A stretch of 58,683 bases of DNA, counting the filler, from Sphacelaria rigidula (lineage: Eukaryota), in assembly GCA_964200075.2 (NCBI GenBank). It is 10 parts of 10 records of this genome, joined end to end, with 100 filler letters (N's around TTAATTAATTAA, not from the genome) between each part and the next. Parts side by side here need not be neighbours in the genome. Positions count along the whole stretch, not along the records: positions 11,759 to 17,537 come from CAXNAA020024530.1; positions 17,638 to 23,415 come from CAXNAA020024531.1; positions 23,516 to 29,293 come from CAXNAA020024532.1; 7 more parts are not named here. One strand, 5' to 3'. The translations under genes and the position numbers were made by a program. Positions 11,759-24,284 of the stretch are shown here, one piece after another. The notes beneath the pieces were generated by a model. It was not told where the DNA came from and did not search any database. It saw nothing but the letters and a program-made list of their open reading frames with translations. Position 1 is the stretch's first letter. Each line of letters opens with the position of its first letter.

Positions 11759-12114
11759 GGGGGAGGAACGCAGTCCCCACATCTCTGAAGAAACACGCAA
11801 ACGACATATCGATGAAAACCTTGGAATATGACCGATGGAGCTCTCGAAAGCGTCTTGAAATTTTGAAAACGCGCATGAGATATGCCCAACTGAAGAAGTG
11901 GGATCTCCAGATCACAGCGTGCCCCACAGCTATGCCCCGCAAGAGAGGTGAGAAAACAGCAGCGCCTCCTGGCAATGCTCCAAAAGTGGCGAGAAGAGAC
12001 AAACCATACGTGTACATGAAGGGAAAGGAGGTAGAAAGACGTGTAGAAGCCGTGGCTGCACAGGAGGAAGTTGTTGCTACAGACCAGGCAGCCGCTGTTT
12101 CTCAACAGGCGTAG
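11759..12114 (+). CDS. 3' end of an unidentified basic ORF truncated by the contig start
   Basis: Open frame from the contig edge to a TAG stop at 12112-12114; no recognised motif. Confidence 0.25.
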
Positions 12115-12944
12115 ATATGGCATGCCATACCCCTGATCCATGATCGGCGGGGCGCCCACAAGGAAAATTCACGAAATGGACCTTACCTTCCCGCGTACAT
12201 TTTGTTTTTGCTTTTGTGTTGCTGCGTGTTGATCTCGTGGATCTTGCGGTTCATCCGAGCTATCGTTTGTTGAAATCGACTAAAAAATGCTCGAGTTACG
12301 TCTATTCATGTATCCATCCCTACTAACAATGTTCCCCCCTAATACTTTGTTTTTGCGCCTGTGTCGGGTGTTTTTATTATTATCCCTATTATATCCGTCA
12401 TATTAGCCCGATCTCTCGAACCCGTGGTCACAGAGTGCAAAGTACCGAGAAGAAAATATATTATCCTGTACTTCCACCAATTGTATGTGCTGGCATCCTA
12501 TGATCTGCTTTCTTATGTAGTACAGGGCGTACCTCCCGCTTTTGTTTTAAAATATGTTTTTTTCAGTGTTCGTTTACAAAGCGAAGATTCTCTCTGCTTT
12601 TTGTCAGCAGAATCAGCGTTATCTCTGAGAGGTTGTCCACACTCTGATTCTGCGTTCAGCTTCAACAACGGCTTGTCTATACACCACTGTCCTATGCAAT
12701 ATACGGTTGATTGCATTATGCACAAGGATGACTGACTCCAGGCTGCCTTGTGGCACAATATTTAGTGTATGCTGAGTTGAGCAAGGGCGAACAGTGTCAA
12801 ACTTGACAAGTTCAGCCGCGTGAAAGGCTCGCGTGATGAATCTCGGCAGTGGTCGGAGGGCGCAAATCTGACTAAAATGCCCCGATTCTGGCCTCATCTC
12901 TACGTGGCGAGTGTCCCTTGTATTTCCCTTCTGTATTCATATCC

Positions 12945-13008
12945 TGTAACCACGGCTAGATTCGTAGCAGATTTGTGACTGACAATCAACCAATCAATCA
13001 ATCAATCA
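12945..13008 (+). mobile_element. Non-LTR retroelement 3' tail (CCACGGCT.GA...(CAAT)n); related tails at about 1910-1980(+) and 16848-16915(-)
   Basis: Shared ccacg(g/a)ctgga-like motif followed by CAAT/CAAC tetranucleotide tails. Confidence 0.55.
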
Positions 13009-13350
13009 AGTTCTACAAGAGTTTCGATCGGATCTGCTGTTCCGTGACGGCGTGAAGTTAGCAGCAATATCGTTTGCCGACGGAACGATACTGGTGCGTT
13101 TTTCTTGGCACCTGTGCCATGATATATGTAGACACGATCGTTTTTGCCCTACACGAGCAGCCCTGGTGCACAAGCCATCTCGAGGTCGCCCTACGTGCAC
13201 GAACGACGCTTTAGTGAAAATACACGGAATTTGTCTCTCGAGTGTAGAATGACTGAAAATGGATACGAAAATTGATACGGTGTTTCTTCATGGGCACCGA
13301 AACGGCCTCTCCGAGCGCGGTCATTCGGCAACCAATGACACAATTTTGTT

Positions 13351-14535
13351 ATGGACCACGAGCACTTTGGTTGTCTCTCCGCAGAGAGCCCCAACCCGTC
13401 GTCGGCGGAGATGATTTCAAAGACATGCAAGTCTCACAAGAACCGCTTGTCTCTGCACGTCCACCTCATTGAAGCTGTTTGCGTACTGTCCTCCGCTCGC
13501 GTTAACAACCTGGCAGGGGAAGCGGAAGACGGAGGCACGGCGCCGCGCACGCGCCACCAGACAGCCGTTCCTTACACCGTCGTTCTAGTGGGGAAGGCTG
13601 GTGCTGGTAAGTCCACCCTGGGGAATCACCTGCTCAACATGGGAGTCGAGGCTGATGACTACGAGGACTTTTTTAAAGAAGCAGGTGGTCCTGAAGCGTG
13701 TACGGCGCAGATCAAATATGTCGTGTCAGCCGACGGGAGGTTGGCGGTCGTCGACACCCCCGGGATGCCCGACACGACACCTTCCAAGACTCTTGAACAC
13801 TTTGACAACATCGTCGAGAAAGTACGTGGCCTGGAGCGCATCAATCTTTTGCTGTTCGTTGCCGTCGAGGGTAGGACGAACCCAAGGCAGTACGCCGAGT
13901 ACCGCACGCTGCTCAAGCAGTTCAACTTGCTGCCTTGTGACAAGCTCCTGGTGTGCCGCCAGCACGACTACGCTCGTAGACCTCCCTCCACCAAAGCGCG
14001 GGACGAGAAACGTGCTGGCGGCAAGAAGTTCGCGACAGGCATCCTGGAACACAGTGAGATGGACATGCCATACATACTGCACATGGGCGGCTCCAGCCCC
14101 GAAGCACAAGAGAGCTTGGAAGGGATATCCAAGGTAGCTCGCAGTTCCATGCCTGTTCCTGTGGGCCGGTTGCTACGCACGTACGCCGAGCGCCAAGCGC
14201 ACGTGAGGAGGCTTGCATCCAGGGAAAATCGACTTGGGGCTCTGAGGGAAGACATGAAGGCGTTGAAAGCCGCCGTGAGAGATGCGCAAATTTGGAGAGG
14301 GGTCCACTGTGCATGGAGCCTTGCAGGGGAGTTGGCGTCAATTGCCACTGCGGGGGTATCCGGGGTTGCGGCCTGCGTAGGAGTGCCCCTGATTAACTTT
14401 TACAGCAACACCATCCGCAGGAGCAGCAGAAAAATTGAAAACGTACAGAGAGAAATCGACACGAGCTGTGTGGATGAGGGTGAGCTGCAGAAGGCCCGAG
14501 AGGAGCTTGCCGAGCTCGAGGCCTTGGGACGTTAG
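13351..14535 (+). CDS. AIG1/GIMAP (septin-Toc34-like TRAFAC) GTPase with C-terminal coiled coils and a hydrophobic Gly/Ala segment; true start or 5' exon uncertain
   Basis: 394-aa open frame; G1 VVLVGKAGAGKSTLGN, G2 ACT, G3 LAVVDTPG, INLLLFV strand; LASIATAGVSGVAACVGVPLI lies between heptad-like helices. Confidence 0.85.
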   Translation: MDHEHFGCLSAESPNPSSAEMISKTCKSHKNRLSLHVHLIEAVCVLSSARVNNLAGEAEDGGTAPRTRHQTAVPYTVVLVGKAGAGKSTLGNHLLNMGVEADDYEDFFKEAGGPEACTAQIKYVVSADGRLAVVDTPGMPDTTPSKTLEHFDNIVEKVRGLERINLLLFVAVEGRTNPRQYAEYRTLLKQFNLLPCDKLLVCRQHDYARRPPSTKARDEKRAGGKKFATGILEHSEMDMPYILHMGGSSPEAQESLEGISKVARSSMPVPVGRLLRTYAERQAHVRRLASRENRLGALREDMKALKAAVRDAQIWRGVHCAWSLAGELASIATAGVSGVAACVGVPLINFYSNTIRRSSRKIENVQREIDTSCVDEGELQKAREELAELEALGR

Positions 14536-17500
14536 TCTTCAATGTTCACCATCTCCACCACATGCGTTCGGTTGGCAGTAATGTCTTGAACTATTTGTCG
14601 AAGCGGACGTAGTACCCGGAGTGTTGAAGGGAGTTAGCTTAGTTTCCGATCAAATATGGGTTCTCGGAGCTGTTGTCACTGCGTTGATTCTTGTCACTGT
14701 CATTCTTCATTCATAACAAGTTTACACGTAGTGCGGTAGGGAGGCTGTCGTGCCCCCTTCACGTTCCATGCATTTGCCATCCATTGAGCCAGTCCCTCAA
14801 TTATCAAGGTGCCCAAAGTCGTCGATAGCGTGAGATGCAATTGGTTTGTGTGTCTGGAACTTTGGAATGGTATCAGATACCAAAACGATACATGTAGGTA
14901 CCACGGTACTGCGAATGATGGTGCGCCTCTGTATGCCGTTTCAAAACTGTAAAAGGCGGTGTAGTCGATAGGTATTCTATAAGCGGTGCTCTGCTCTTTT
15001 CCTTTAGTCGTCATTGGCAGGTGTGCTCGATTTTTCATTACCGCTGGAGTCATCGACAGCCCCGAACGGAGTGGCGACATTGAATTGTGATAACGACGAA
15101 CGGCAGAAAGACCTGTGGATGTGGCTCTACGTCCATTGATCGGCACTGTCACACGTTTTGTCGGAGGTCGATGGCGTACAAGGTTTGTCCTTCGTGACGA
15201 TTTTCTTTAATTTTGTGGTTGGTTCTGCATGGCGTGCGATTTGCTTTGGCAAATGAGGGGCTTCGACAGTGTGCAGTTCTTGTATGTGCCTGTCCGCTAG
15301 GTCGTAGCATGACCCGATGACCAGACTGTATTCTAATAGTGGAGTAAACACATGTGCTTGACTGTGCGCGATACTAGGTACCTTCGTTTCTTATGGTCGA
15401 GGACTAGGCCGCTGATTGATGTGCAGTCGCAATCCTGTTATGGTATTTGGAGGCGATGGTTTGGATGCAATATGACGTGTACAATTGTCCCATACACCAG
15501 TGTACTCGTAGTTCCATCAAACGGATGTGGTATCGATATTCGTATTGAACAGCAACGGATTTTGAAAATGACACACAGTGCATGGCTTACATTAGACGTT
15601 TGGATATCAAAAGATCTGACTTGTGCATGATCGACAGGTGAACTACAAAGGGCATCCAGAGATGTAATATAATTTGGCACCGTTTCGCGGAGCATCAACC
15701 TGTGCTCGACAGATTGTTTGAGGCCGCTTGAGTGGCCAGGGGCTACACCGGACTTTCATGAGAGCACGTTGTTTTGGGTGTATTGCCGAATACCGCCCAG
15801 AATATGACTGATCAGTGGCTGGCTGAGCAGATTTTGCCGCGCATGTTTGTTCGGATTCTATTTTACCGTGCATGTCGGTTTGGCTCCATTTCTGGTTCTT
15901 GGTAGGGGTGGAAGAGAATATTACTTGTGAGATGTGTCTTTGTGAGATATGTTGCGACAAGCATCCTCCGTTGCCACTCTTGGTTTTGGACTTCACCAAC
16001 GACTTCAGACAACTTCTTTACTTCCACGGACCCCTCGAGTCCTTGGTGGTGAGTCTTATTTGGGGGTGAAGCTTTCTAGTTCGTGTTGTGTCCAAATTTG
16101 ATATCCACTTCTCGCGAGAGTGATTGATGCACTACACCCTGTAGACGTGGTAAAATGTAGCTCATGTAACAACCCAACGAGGTCCTATTCGTACGATACA
16201 GGGCAAAAGGGATTGCTGGGCCTCCTTCCATTCTCAGTAAATCCTCTATTTAAGGGAAAATGATGAGTGTTTTCTATGCGATGTTATCATGACTTGTGAA
16301 CGGCAAAGCTGCGCATGTGATAGTCAGACTACACACATAGGCCTTTCCTCTGTCTAGGATCCCATTTCCCCCTCCGAAATTCTAGAATATTCCCATATCA
16401 AATGCAACAATACTAAATTGCCTACCTATTGCCGGCTCATACTCGATAAAAGCTCTGATCGGCAATTCCGTAAAAGGGGCATCGTGTTATCTCTCTTGGC
16501 GAACGTAAGCTGCCATCTGAACTTCGAAACGCGGAACTTGACCTCCAGGGTCTCGCCTGCTGTCACAGAGCCGTTCCAAGGAGTTGATCTCTAAAATGGG
16601 GTTGATCTCTAAAATGGGGTTGAAGTGGCATTTGTCTCTTGCAGGAAAGACGCAAAACACTAGCGACCGAGCGAAGCCATCTCCCCCCCCAAATGACCGC
16701 AGCAGTTGAGCAGCTGTGGCTACAAATCCCATGCACACCGGCAGATTTGGAATTTGAACAGCAGGAGAAGCTTGAAATAAACCCTCACTTTGCAATAAGA
16801 CAAACCAAATGATTTTGAGAAAAAAAAAGCGGAGAAACACAACACAGTGATTGATTGACTGTCGTATTTTATAACTGCGACCCCCGCCCGCGCAGCAGGG
16901 GTCCAGCCGTGGTCTATAATCACAACAATAAACTGTATAATACCATGCAGAACAGTGCAATACCGCGTGCTTTTACGTCAGGTGCTATATACCAAAGAGT
17001 GAGCGCGGCATATGCACCACATATATGGCTATGCAACACGTGGATATATTCTGCAGCTTATATTTTGATCTACGGGGGTGGTATATACCGTCATGCAGGC
17101 GTCAAACAGGGTTCACATGTAGCACGCGCGCACGTACATACACATATATGCGCACACAAGTGCAGCACGCAGTGAGCAGGGCATGAACATGAAGCGGGGA
17201 AAGTACAGTACAGATAGCGCAGGACTAGATAATGTTGTCTGCTTACACTGCGACGTGAAAAGGACTTGGACAACGTGGAGCTTTCACACGTCGACAGATA
17301 GCACCCTGTGGGGCGCACTGTGCAGGGTCCGTACAGGGTCCTCCACAGTCTTTGTGAAAAAACCCTGACAGTGAAATGCAAAATCTGTACCCATGGCAGC
17401 GTTTTGATGAGGTTTTCCCCAGGGTTGGATTTGCAGCCCTGTGTAGGCACGTCGGCAAAGCCCTGCACAGTCATGTGGTAACAGCCGATTTTATATTTTG

Positions 17501-18195
17501 GGGTTCAAACAAAATTTGGGGCTGAAGTGGCATATCTNNNNNNNNNNNNNNNNNNNNNNNNNNNNNNNNNNNNNNNNNNNNTTAATTAATTAANNNNNNN
17601 NNNNNNNNNNNNNNNNNNNNNNNNNNNNNNNNNNNNNATACGGCAAGAATGAGTTGGTGCTTGTTCGATCCAAGGGGTCCTACATTAATACAAAACTGCA
17701 CCACACCCAAGATTTCATATGTACGCACGGATTTGGCGAACGGGGGGGGGGGAGGAGATGTTACCTCGGTTCGTAGTAGTTAGGCTGCTAGATGTATTGA
17801 GACATCTACAACTGACGTTGGGTCTTGTCCTGAGAGCAGCTAGTAGCCTCGGAGCAAGGATGTATACTGTTTTCGAGACATTTAGTACAAGTTGACCGCA
17901 AGTGTAGGAAAAGGTCAGTCCACCTACAGAATCTTTCATGTGTGTCTGATTACACCGGCAGCGAGTCTTGCTGCTTGCTTAGGGCATCATACTGCTGCCA
18001 TGGTGGTTTTCGGCCGACATGTTCATCATTCCTACGCGGCCAAAAACTTGGGGGGAGGGGATGGGGCGTGCTTACTTGTTACTTGCCTTGGTCATCTGAC
18101 CATTGACCACGCATTCCTTTCGAGACGGGGGGGGGGTGCTGAGATGTGCGCTACCCATACTTTTCAAATGCGATGTGTGTTGCCACAATTCATTA

Positions 18196-19414
18196 CAGAC
18201 TGGGCCAGCCCACAAGCGGATTTGTACTTCGTAGGCGAATTCGCAATTTCTTTTTCGTAGTTGGAAAATGAAATTTGGTATGGGCAATCAAGAGGGCATG
18301 AAGAAAAGCTGTCTGTGAGGTCCCGACGATTTATTTTTATTTTCGTGAGTTAAGGGCATTTTACGAAGACCTCAAAACCGACTATTGTCCTTAATTCACG
18401 AAAAAAAACAAGAATCGTTGGGACCTCACAGACAGCTCTCTTCATGCCCTGTTGATCGTCCATACCAAATTTCACGTTCCAACTCCAATAAAAAACAATT
18501 GCGAATTTACCTTTGAAAAACCGAGGCGGCGGAAAATCGGAACAGTATTTCGCAGGCCGTTTATCGGCCCACGTTTAGTGTTCGTGGGTTGGAACTTCGT
18601 GCGGGACCTTGCTAGGTCGTGATGAACCAAGAAAAATGGGTGAGGTTGGGTTTTATTTTATTTTTTCACTGAGGGCGTTCTAGTATGGTAACGACCATTT
18701 TTTGACCAGAACGCCCGAACCTCTCATGAAAAAAAGAAAAAGATGAAGGCCCCCCTTTTTTTATACTCAGTATACCTCTGTCGCTCTGCATGCCAAGTTT
18801 CAAATCACAATTCTACAAATTGAGCTAAAAAATTGAGATAATGCCCAGGTGCAATATTCATTTCTCCTGAAACCCCCCCTAAAAACACGAAAAAAGATGC
18901 GAAAAAACCGAAAAAAAACACGAAAAAGCTGTGTTTTTCATTTCGTTATGCACTAGCGATTCTCCATACCAAATTTCATAGCACAACTCTCAAAAACTGA
19001 GACGCGATATCCAGATTTGGGTCATCTAGTGCCTCTGCTCGTAATATACTGATTTTAGTGTGGAACATTATGTGCACCATATCTAGAGATAAATAGCAAA
19101 TTAGGTGAAAGTGAGAGTATCTATCGTCTCCCCGTGCTCCAGGGAAGGTCCACACCAAAAATCGTCATCATCCGCTTGATCGATCGTTCGGGGCTTCATG
19201 ATGATTTTAGTGTGGACGCTATCTCCACCAGGTGTAGGAATTACTATACATAGGGTTTACTCGACGAGGAAAAGTTGGCCCAGATTTTTGAGCAAATGGG
19301 CACCTTCCCCTTGATTAGACGATTAATACGATATGCGGATCACGGCCCAACTCGTCTGTGTCGTTAAGATATCGCTTTTAGAGCTCAAATCCGTTTTTAG
19401 GCTGGCCCAGCTCG
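18196..19414. mobile_element. Non-autonomous Tc1/mariner-type element, copy 1 (intronic)
   Basis: TA|CAGACTGGGCCAGCC...GGCTGGCCCAGCTCG|TA; about 28-bp imperfect TIRs, TA flanks; closely similar to 21715-22923. Confidence 0.85.
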
Positions 19415-19440
19415 TACTCATTTCGTTTTGCGGCCACCAG

Positions 19441-19633
19441 GCTGACGAAGTACCAATGCCGGAGGAACGTGCCGAGGCTGCACAAGATGCGGCGGGGTCA
19501 GGGAACGCCTCGCAGGGTGCATCGTCTGGTGGCGTGGTGCCGGACGAGGAACTTGTCGCGCAGCTTGTGGCAATGGGGTTCCAGGAAAACGGCTGCAAGA
19601 GGGCTGCCGTCGCGGTCAACAACTCTTCCGCAG
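19441..19633 (+). CDS. Ubiquitin C-terminal hydrolase USP5/13 (UBP14)-like, exon with UBA1 (PDEELVAQLVAMGFQENGCKRAAVAVNN)
   Basis: Acceptor caccAG at 19439-19440, donor G|gtgaat at 19634; UBA MGF motif; splices in frame to 20153. Confidence 0.85.
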
Positions 19634-20152
19634 GTGAATGTCTCTTCATTGTCTTGTGGATTGACCCCGGATACTCCGTTCTTTGCGGGATATATCCGTC
19701 TGCACTGTACCCAACAGGCAGGTGTGTATTTGTGAGTGGTCGCTTGGTCGTCTTTTACATTCTTGCCCGCTTGTATGGTGTTGTTGAGTTCTAAGATGTG
19801 TCGTGCTTCATGTCCACGTGTATGGCTTTGTTCCGCGGGACACAGCACTCAAGCACTCAGCCCCGTGGTGCTGGAGCAAGGGGCGACAAAGTGCAACACT
19901 CTGCGGATACAGGAGCATTCATCTCTGACTGTTGTAAGAAATGCCGCGTTTCCGTCATACCGACCCAGCGACACGTGACGCTCGCGACGAGAGATGGTCA
20001 TGGCGTGGGTGCTGAGCACGCGCATAATTCTTAGAGCATCGGTACGACATACGATATCATGTCTGCCTGACACTCGCTGATTGTTGACTGCATGTTGATG
20101 ATGTGATGATGCATGCACCATCCTCTCCTCCGCTTCCACTGCCGATGGTCAG

Positions 20153-20418
20153 AGATGGCGATGAACTGGGTGTTGGAGCACATGGGCGACGCCGACTTCA
20201 ACGACCCGCTACCGTCACCCGCCGCCGCCAGCACTTCTTCGGGTGGACCAGCGGCAGCAGCAATAGCGGTAGACCCTGCAGCGCTGGTGATGCTGACTAG
20301 TCTGGGTTTCACGGAGAAACAGGCGGAGGCGGCGTTGAAAGCCACAGGGGGTGATGCTACGCGCGGCGCGGATTGGCTCTTTAGCCACACCGACGACCTG
20401 GATGCTGCGGTGGCCGAG
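20153..20418 (+). CDS. USP5/13-like exon (EMAMNWVLEHMGDADFNDP...LTSLGFTEKQAEAALKATGGDATRGADWLFSH, UBA2)
   Basis: Hallmark isopeptidase-T double-UBA motifs; acceptor gtcAG at 20151-20152, donor GAG|gtaggg at 20419. Confidence 0.9.
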
Positions 20419-21335
20419 GTAGGGGGTAGGGGTGCTGGGATACTGTCAACAGTGTAGAAGAAGGACACCGAGGAAGTCGTGAAGGTGTCTTACGTGTTGC
20501 AGAGTTTTCAGGTTATTTTCCAACTGTTGTGCCTGGGCCGCTTACTATACTCCATCATTCGTTGTACAGAGGGACGGGTCATCAATTTGCATGCACGCTC
20601 ATCTTCATGATTTTCCAAGTACTTTTTCGCCTGTTGGGGTCAATAATGAAAGTCAAGCAAAGGAAGGCGATGCCGGCTTCTTGCAGCAATTGCACGCAGC
20701 CCTCGGAATGTTCTTTACAACTCTATACAGTACAGCTGTGTCCAAACGTTTCCTGCGCTGTCGTTGGAGCGCCCAGAGGGGGTGCTGCATCCTCATGTGT
20801 GGGTATCTCGATCGTGTGGTGAATAAATAGTACGTGGTATGTGTAGTGCTGTCCATTTTTTGGCGGCTTGTCTCAACTACAAAGCTTGGAGATGCCCGTG
20901 TGCGCTACATAATTGTAGTTCAGCGTTGGTTCGGAAATGTCTTTTCATCCTCGTGTGCGTTCTTGGCTGGTTTCATGAAGGCTCCATCTTCGTTTTCGTC
21001 GGTGGCAGTCTTCTCGCACGAACGGCGCAACATAATGACCCGTTCACTGCGCCCTAGCTGCAATATATTTGATACGTGCTGAATGAAGCATTCCGCCCAT
21101 TGCCCTCTAAAACCAATACATTTGATCCATGATCCGTTCTGTCGAACCCTAGAATTTCTTGTCATGAGTGTGCACACGAGGACAGATGCTAAGGGAGTAG
21201 GAGTAGGCGCGTTCAGATCAAGAGCGAAAGTGTGTGCCCCGAGACGCAGCAGCGAAGTCAAGTGCTTTCGGCAACAAGCGCGTCGTATTGTCGTTTTTTC
21301 AATCATGTTCGCCTCGGTCGGTTGTGTAAAACCAG

Positions 21336-21421
21336 CAATTGGAGCCGAAGACCGCTGCCGGTGGAGGTGGTGGAGACGGTGCGGCTGATGTGCAAGACAA
21401 GATGGACGACGGCCCTGGAAG
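21336..21421 (+). CDS. USP5/13-like exon (QLEPKTAAGGGGGDGAADVQDKMDDGPG)
   Basis: Phase-0 acceptor accAG, donor AG|gtgtgg; DGPG precedes the His-box region in USP5/UBP14. Confidence 0.7.
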
Positions 21422-21714
21422 GTGTGGAATGCGACTGACTTGTTACAACCGTGACCGCTGACGTACAAATTGCCGTTGCTTTTTGTCGACAATGGCGGCG
21501 TCCCGATAATCGAACTAATGCACACAAGCTATTGATGGTCTAAACGGAGAAGAGATGCGAACCCCCACGCGTCTCCTTCCAGGTGAAGGCACGGTAAGTT
21601 CAAGTTGGTGTGTTTGTGCGCGTGTGATGTCCCGAATATTCAGCGCTGGAGAATGACTTATTTGCTATCACGGGATATTCGGACAAAGAGCGAAGAAGAC
21701 GACCTAAATGCTTA

Positions 21715-22923
21715 CAGGCTGGGCCAGCCTACAAGCGGATTTGTACTTCGTAGTCGAGTTCGCAATTTCTTTCTTGGAGTTGGAAAGGGAAATTTGGTAT
21801 GGGCAATCAAGAGGGCATGAAGAAAAGCTGTCTGTGAGGTCCCGACGATTAATTTTTTCGTGAGTTGAGGGCATTTTACGAAGACCTCAAAACCGACTAT
21901 TGCCCTTGAGTCACGAAAAAAAACGTCGGGACCTCACAGACAGCTCTCTTCATGCATTGTTGATCGTCCATACCAAATTTCACGTTCAAACTCCAATGAA
22001 AACAAATGCGAAATTACCTTTGAAAACCAGGGCCGGCGAAAATTCGGAACAGTATTTTGCAGGCCGTTTATCGGCCCACGTTCAGTGTTTGTGGGTTGAA
22101 ACTTTGTGCGGGACCTGGCTAGGTCGTGATGAACCAAGAAAAATGGGTGAGGTTGGGTTTTATTTTATTTTTTCACTGAGGGCGTTCTAGTATGGTAACG
22201 ACCATTTTTTGACCAGAACGCCCGAACCTCTCATAAAATAAAATAAAAAGATGAAGGCCCATTTTTGTTTTTTTACTCAGCATACCTCTGTCGTTCTGCA
22301 TGCCAAGTTTCAAATCACAATTCTACAAATTGAGCTATAAAATTGAGATAATGCTCAAGAGCAATGTTCATTTCTCCTGAAAACCCCGCTAAAACCACGA
22401 AAAAAGATGCGAAAAAACCGAAAAAAAACACGAAAAAGCTGTGTTTTTTTTTCATTATGCACTAGCGGTTCTTCATACCAAATTTCATAGCACAACTCTC
22501 AAAAACTGAGACGCGATATCCAGATTTAGGTCATCTAGTGCCTCTGCTCGTAATATACTGATTTTAGTGTGGAAACTTATGTGCACCATATCTAGAGATA
22601 GATAACGAATTAGGTGAAAGTGAGAGTATCTATCGTCCCCCCGTGCTCCAGGGAAGGTCCACACCAAAAATCGTCATCATCCGCTTGATCGATCGTTCGG
22701 GGCTTCATGATGATTTTAGTGTGGACGCTATCTCCGCCAGGTATAGGGATTACTATACATAAGGTTCACTCGACGAGGAAAAGTTGGCCCAGATTTTTGA
22801 GCAGATGGGCACCTTCCCCTTGATTAGACGATTAATACGATATGCGGATCACGGCCCAACTCGTCCGTGTCGTTGAGATGTCGCTTTTAGAGCTCAAATC
22901 CGTTTTTAGGCTGGCCCAGCCTG
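21715..22923. mobile_element. Non-autonomous Tc1/mariner-type element, copy 2
   Basis: TA|CAGGCTGGGCCAGCCT...AGGCTGGCCCAGCCTG|TA; same orientation as copy 1. Confidence 0.88.
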
Positions 22924-24284
22924 TAGAAATATCTGTTTCGACACTACGCACCGTCGACTTCGCCTACAATTACAAGGGAAACAGCCCGAATACTGCACCG
23001 CTCCTCCATAGGCACGCTCACAAGTATCAGTATCCTAGTTACTCGGTTTCCGGGTAGAACCGTTTCTCGAAAGTACCGGATACTAGAAGAGCTTGAAAGA
23101 AACGACCGGGCACGATTTCCGAACCCAGAAATGATGGCCTAGTTAGTGTGAACCTCTGTTTTATGAGGGGTGGTAACGAAGTTCGTCGAATTATGTGAAA
23201 TTCCCTTGACAGCGCACAAATAATCATTTTCCAGTGTTGATGTTGCCCACCAAGAATCACGTGGTGTTGGAATTGGAATCTCAAGCGACTAAAACCTAAT
23301 GCGCTGCTTGATGACGCCTCGGTGCGACAAAATAGATAGTTTTAAGATAGAGCAATGGACTAGAAAAGGTATACCTTCTCGTTTATTGCCCAAGAAAGGT
23401 ACGAAAAATGGCCAGNNNNNNNNNNNNNNNNNNNNNNNNNNNNNNNNNNNNNNNNNNNNTTAATTAATTAANNNNNNNNNNNNNNNNNNNNNNNNNNNNN
23501 NNNNNNNNNNNNNNNGTGTCATCATTTGTGCTGAGCTAGTGGCTGAGGGGGGGGGGGGGGGGGAGGTACATGGGCTCTTGGAGGGTTTCTTTTCGGGCAC
23601 TCCGGTTTCAAGGAAGACTTTTAGCTCCTCAATGTGAGGGGTCACATTTTCTACAACGTTCCACATTTTTGAAGGAAAAACAAGCAAAATATCGCATTTT
23701 TTCTCGCCTCCGGCGGCGCTCCCGCGGGGCCCCCTCACCATCCGGGGAGGGGCGTTGGCGGCGAAGGGCTTCGCCGCTCGCCGCTGATTGTTTTCCAGTT
23801 AATTGGCTTTGCCGATTAACTGGAAAACAATCGATGTCATGGCCGCTGGCGCGGCCAGTTTAAACTCAGCTGGCCAGAGGAGCCAGTTCACAGCCCTAGA
23901 AATCGAAATGATGTACGTTGCTGTGATTGAGCTGCTGCCCAGGACTGCCCAGGACCGCAACAACTGCAAAGCCTTCTTTCGAGTCTCCGGGTCCTGTAAT
24001 CGGATGGTCCCAGCATATGCCTAAAATAGAACAGTAGAAAATCAGTGAAGCACATACTCATGTTGAGCTTTGTTTGCTCAATAATGTTTCAGCTCTCTTC
24101 TTCCCCGGGAAGAGTCTGTGATGTTATTCATAGGGATATATTGGACGATATTTTAACATGCGTTTAAATACAGCCGAGCAGGGCGATTTTAGAGTCGACA
24201 TATTCCCCTTAGGAATCGAAGCTGCATTTTTCCGACCTAGTGGTTTTTAGTAGCACGATGAGATTACCCGGTCGCGGCGGCATG

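Noticed and set aside
12500..12900. hAT transposase remnant (PCSTQHTLNIV resembles CxxHxLNL)
   Set aside because: Single weak motif in a stop-ridden frame.
14700..16070. Decayed RT or other gene downstream of the GTPase
   Set aside because: Only a vague SISGLVLD similarity; no catalytic motif or sustained frame.
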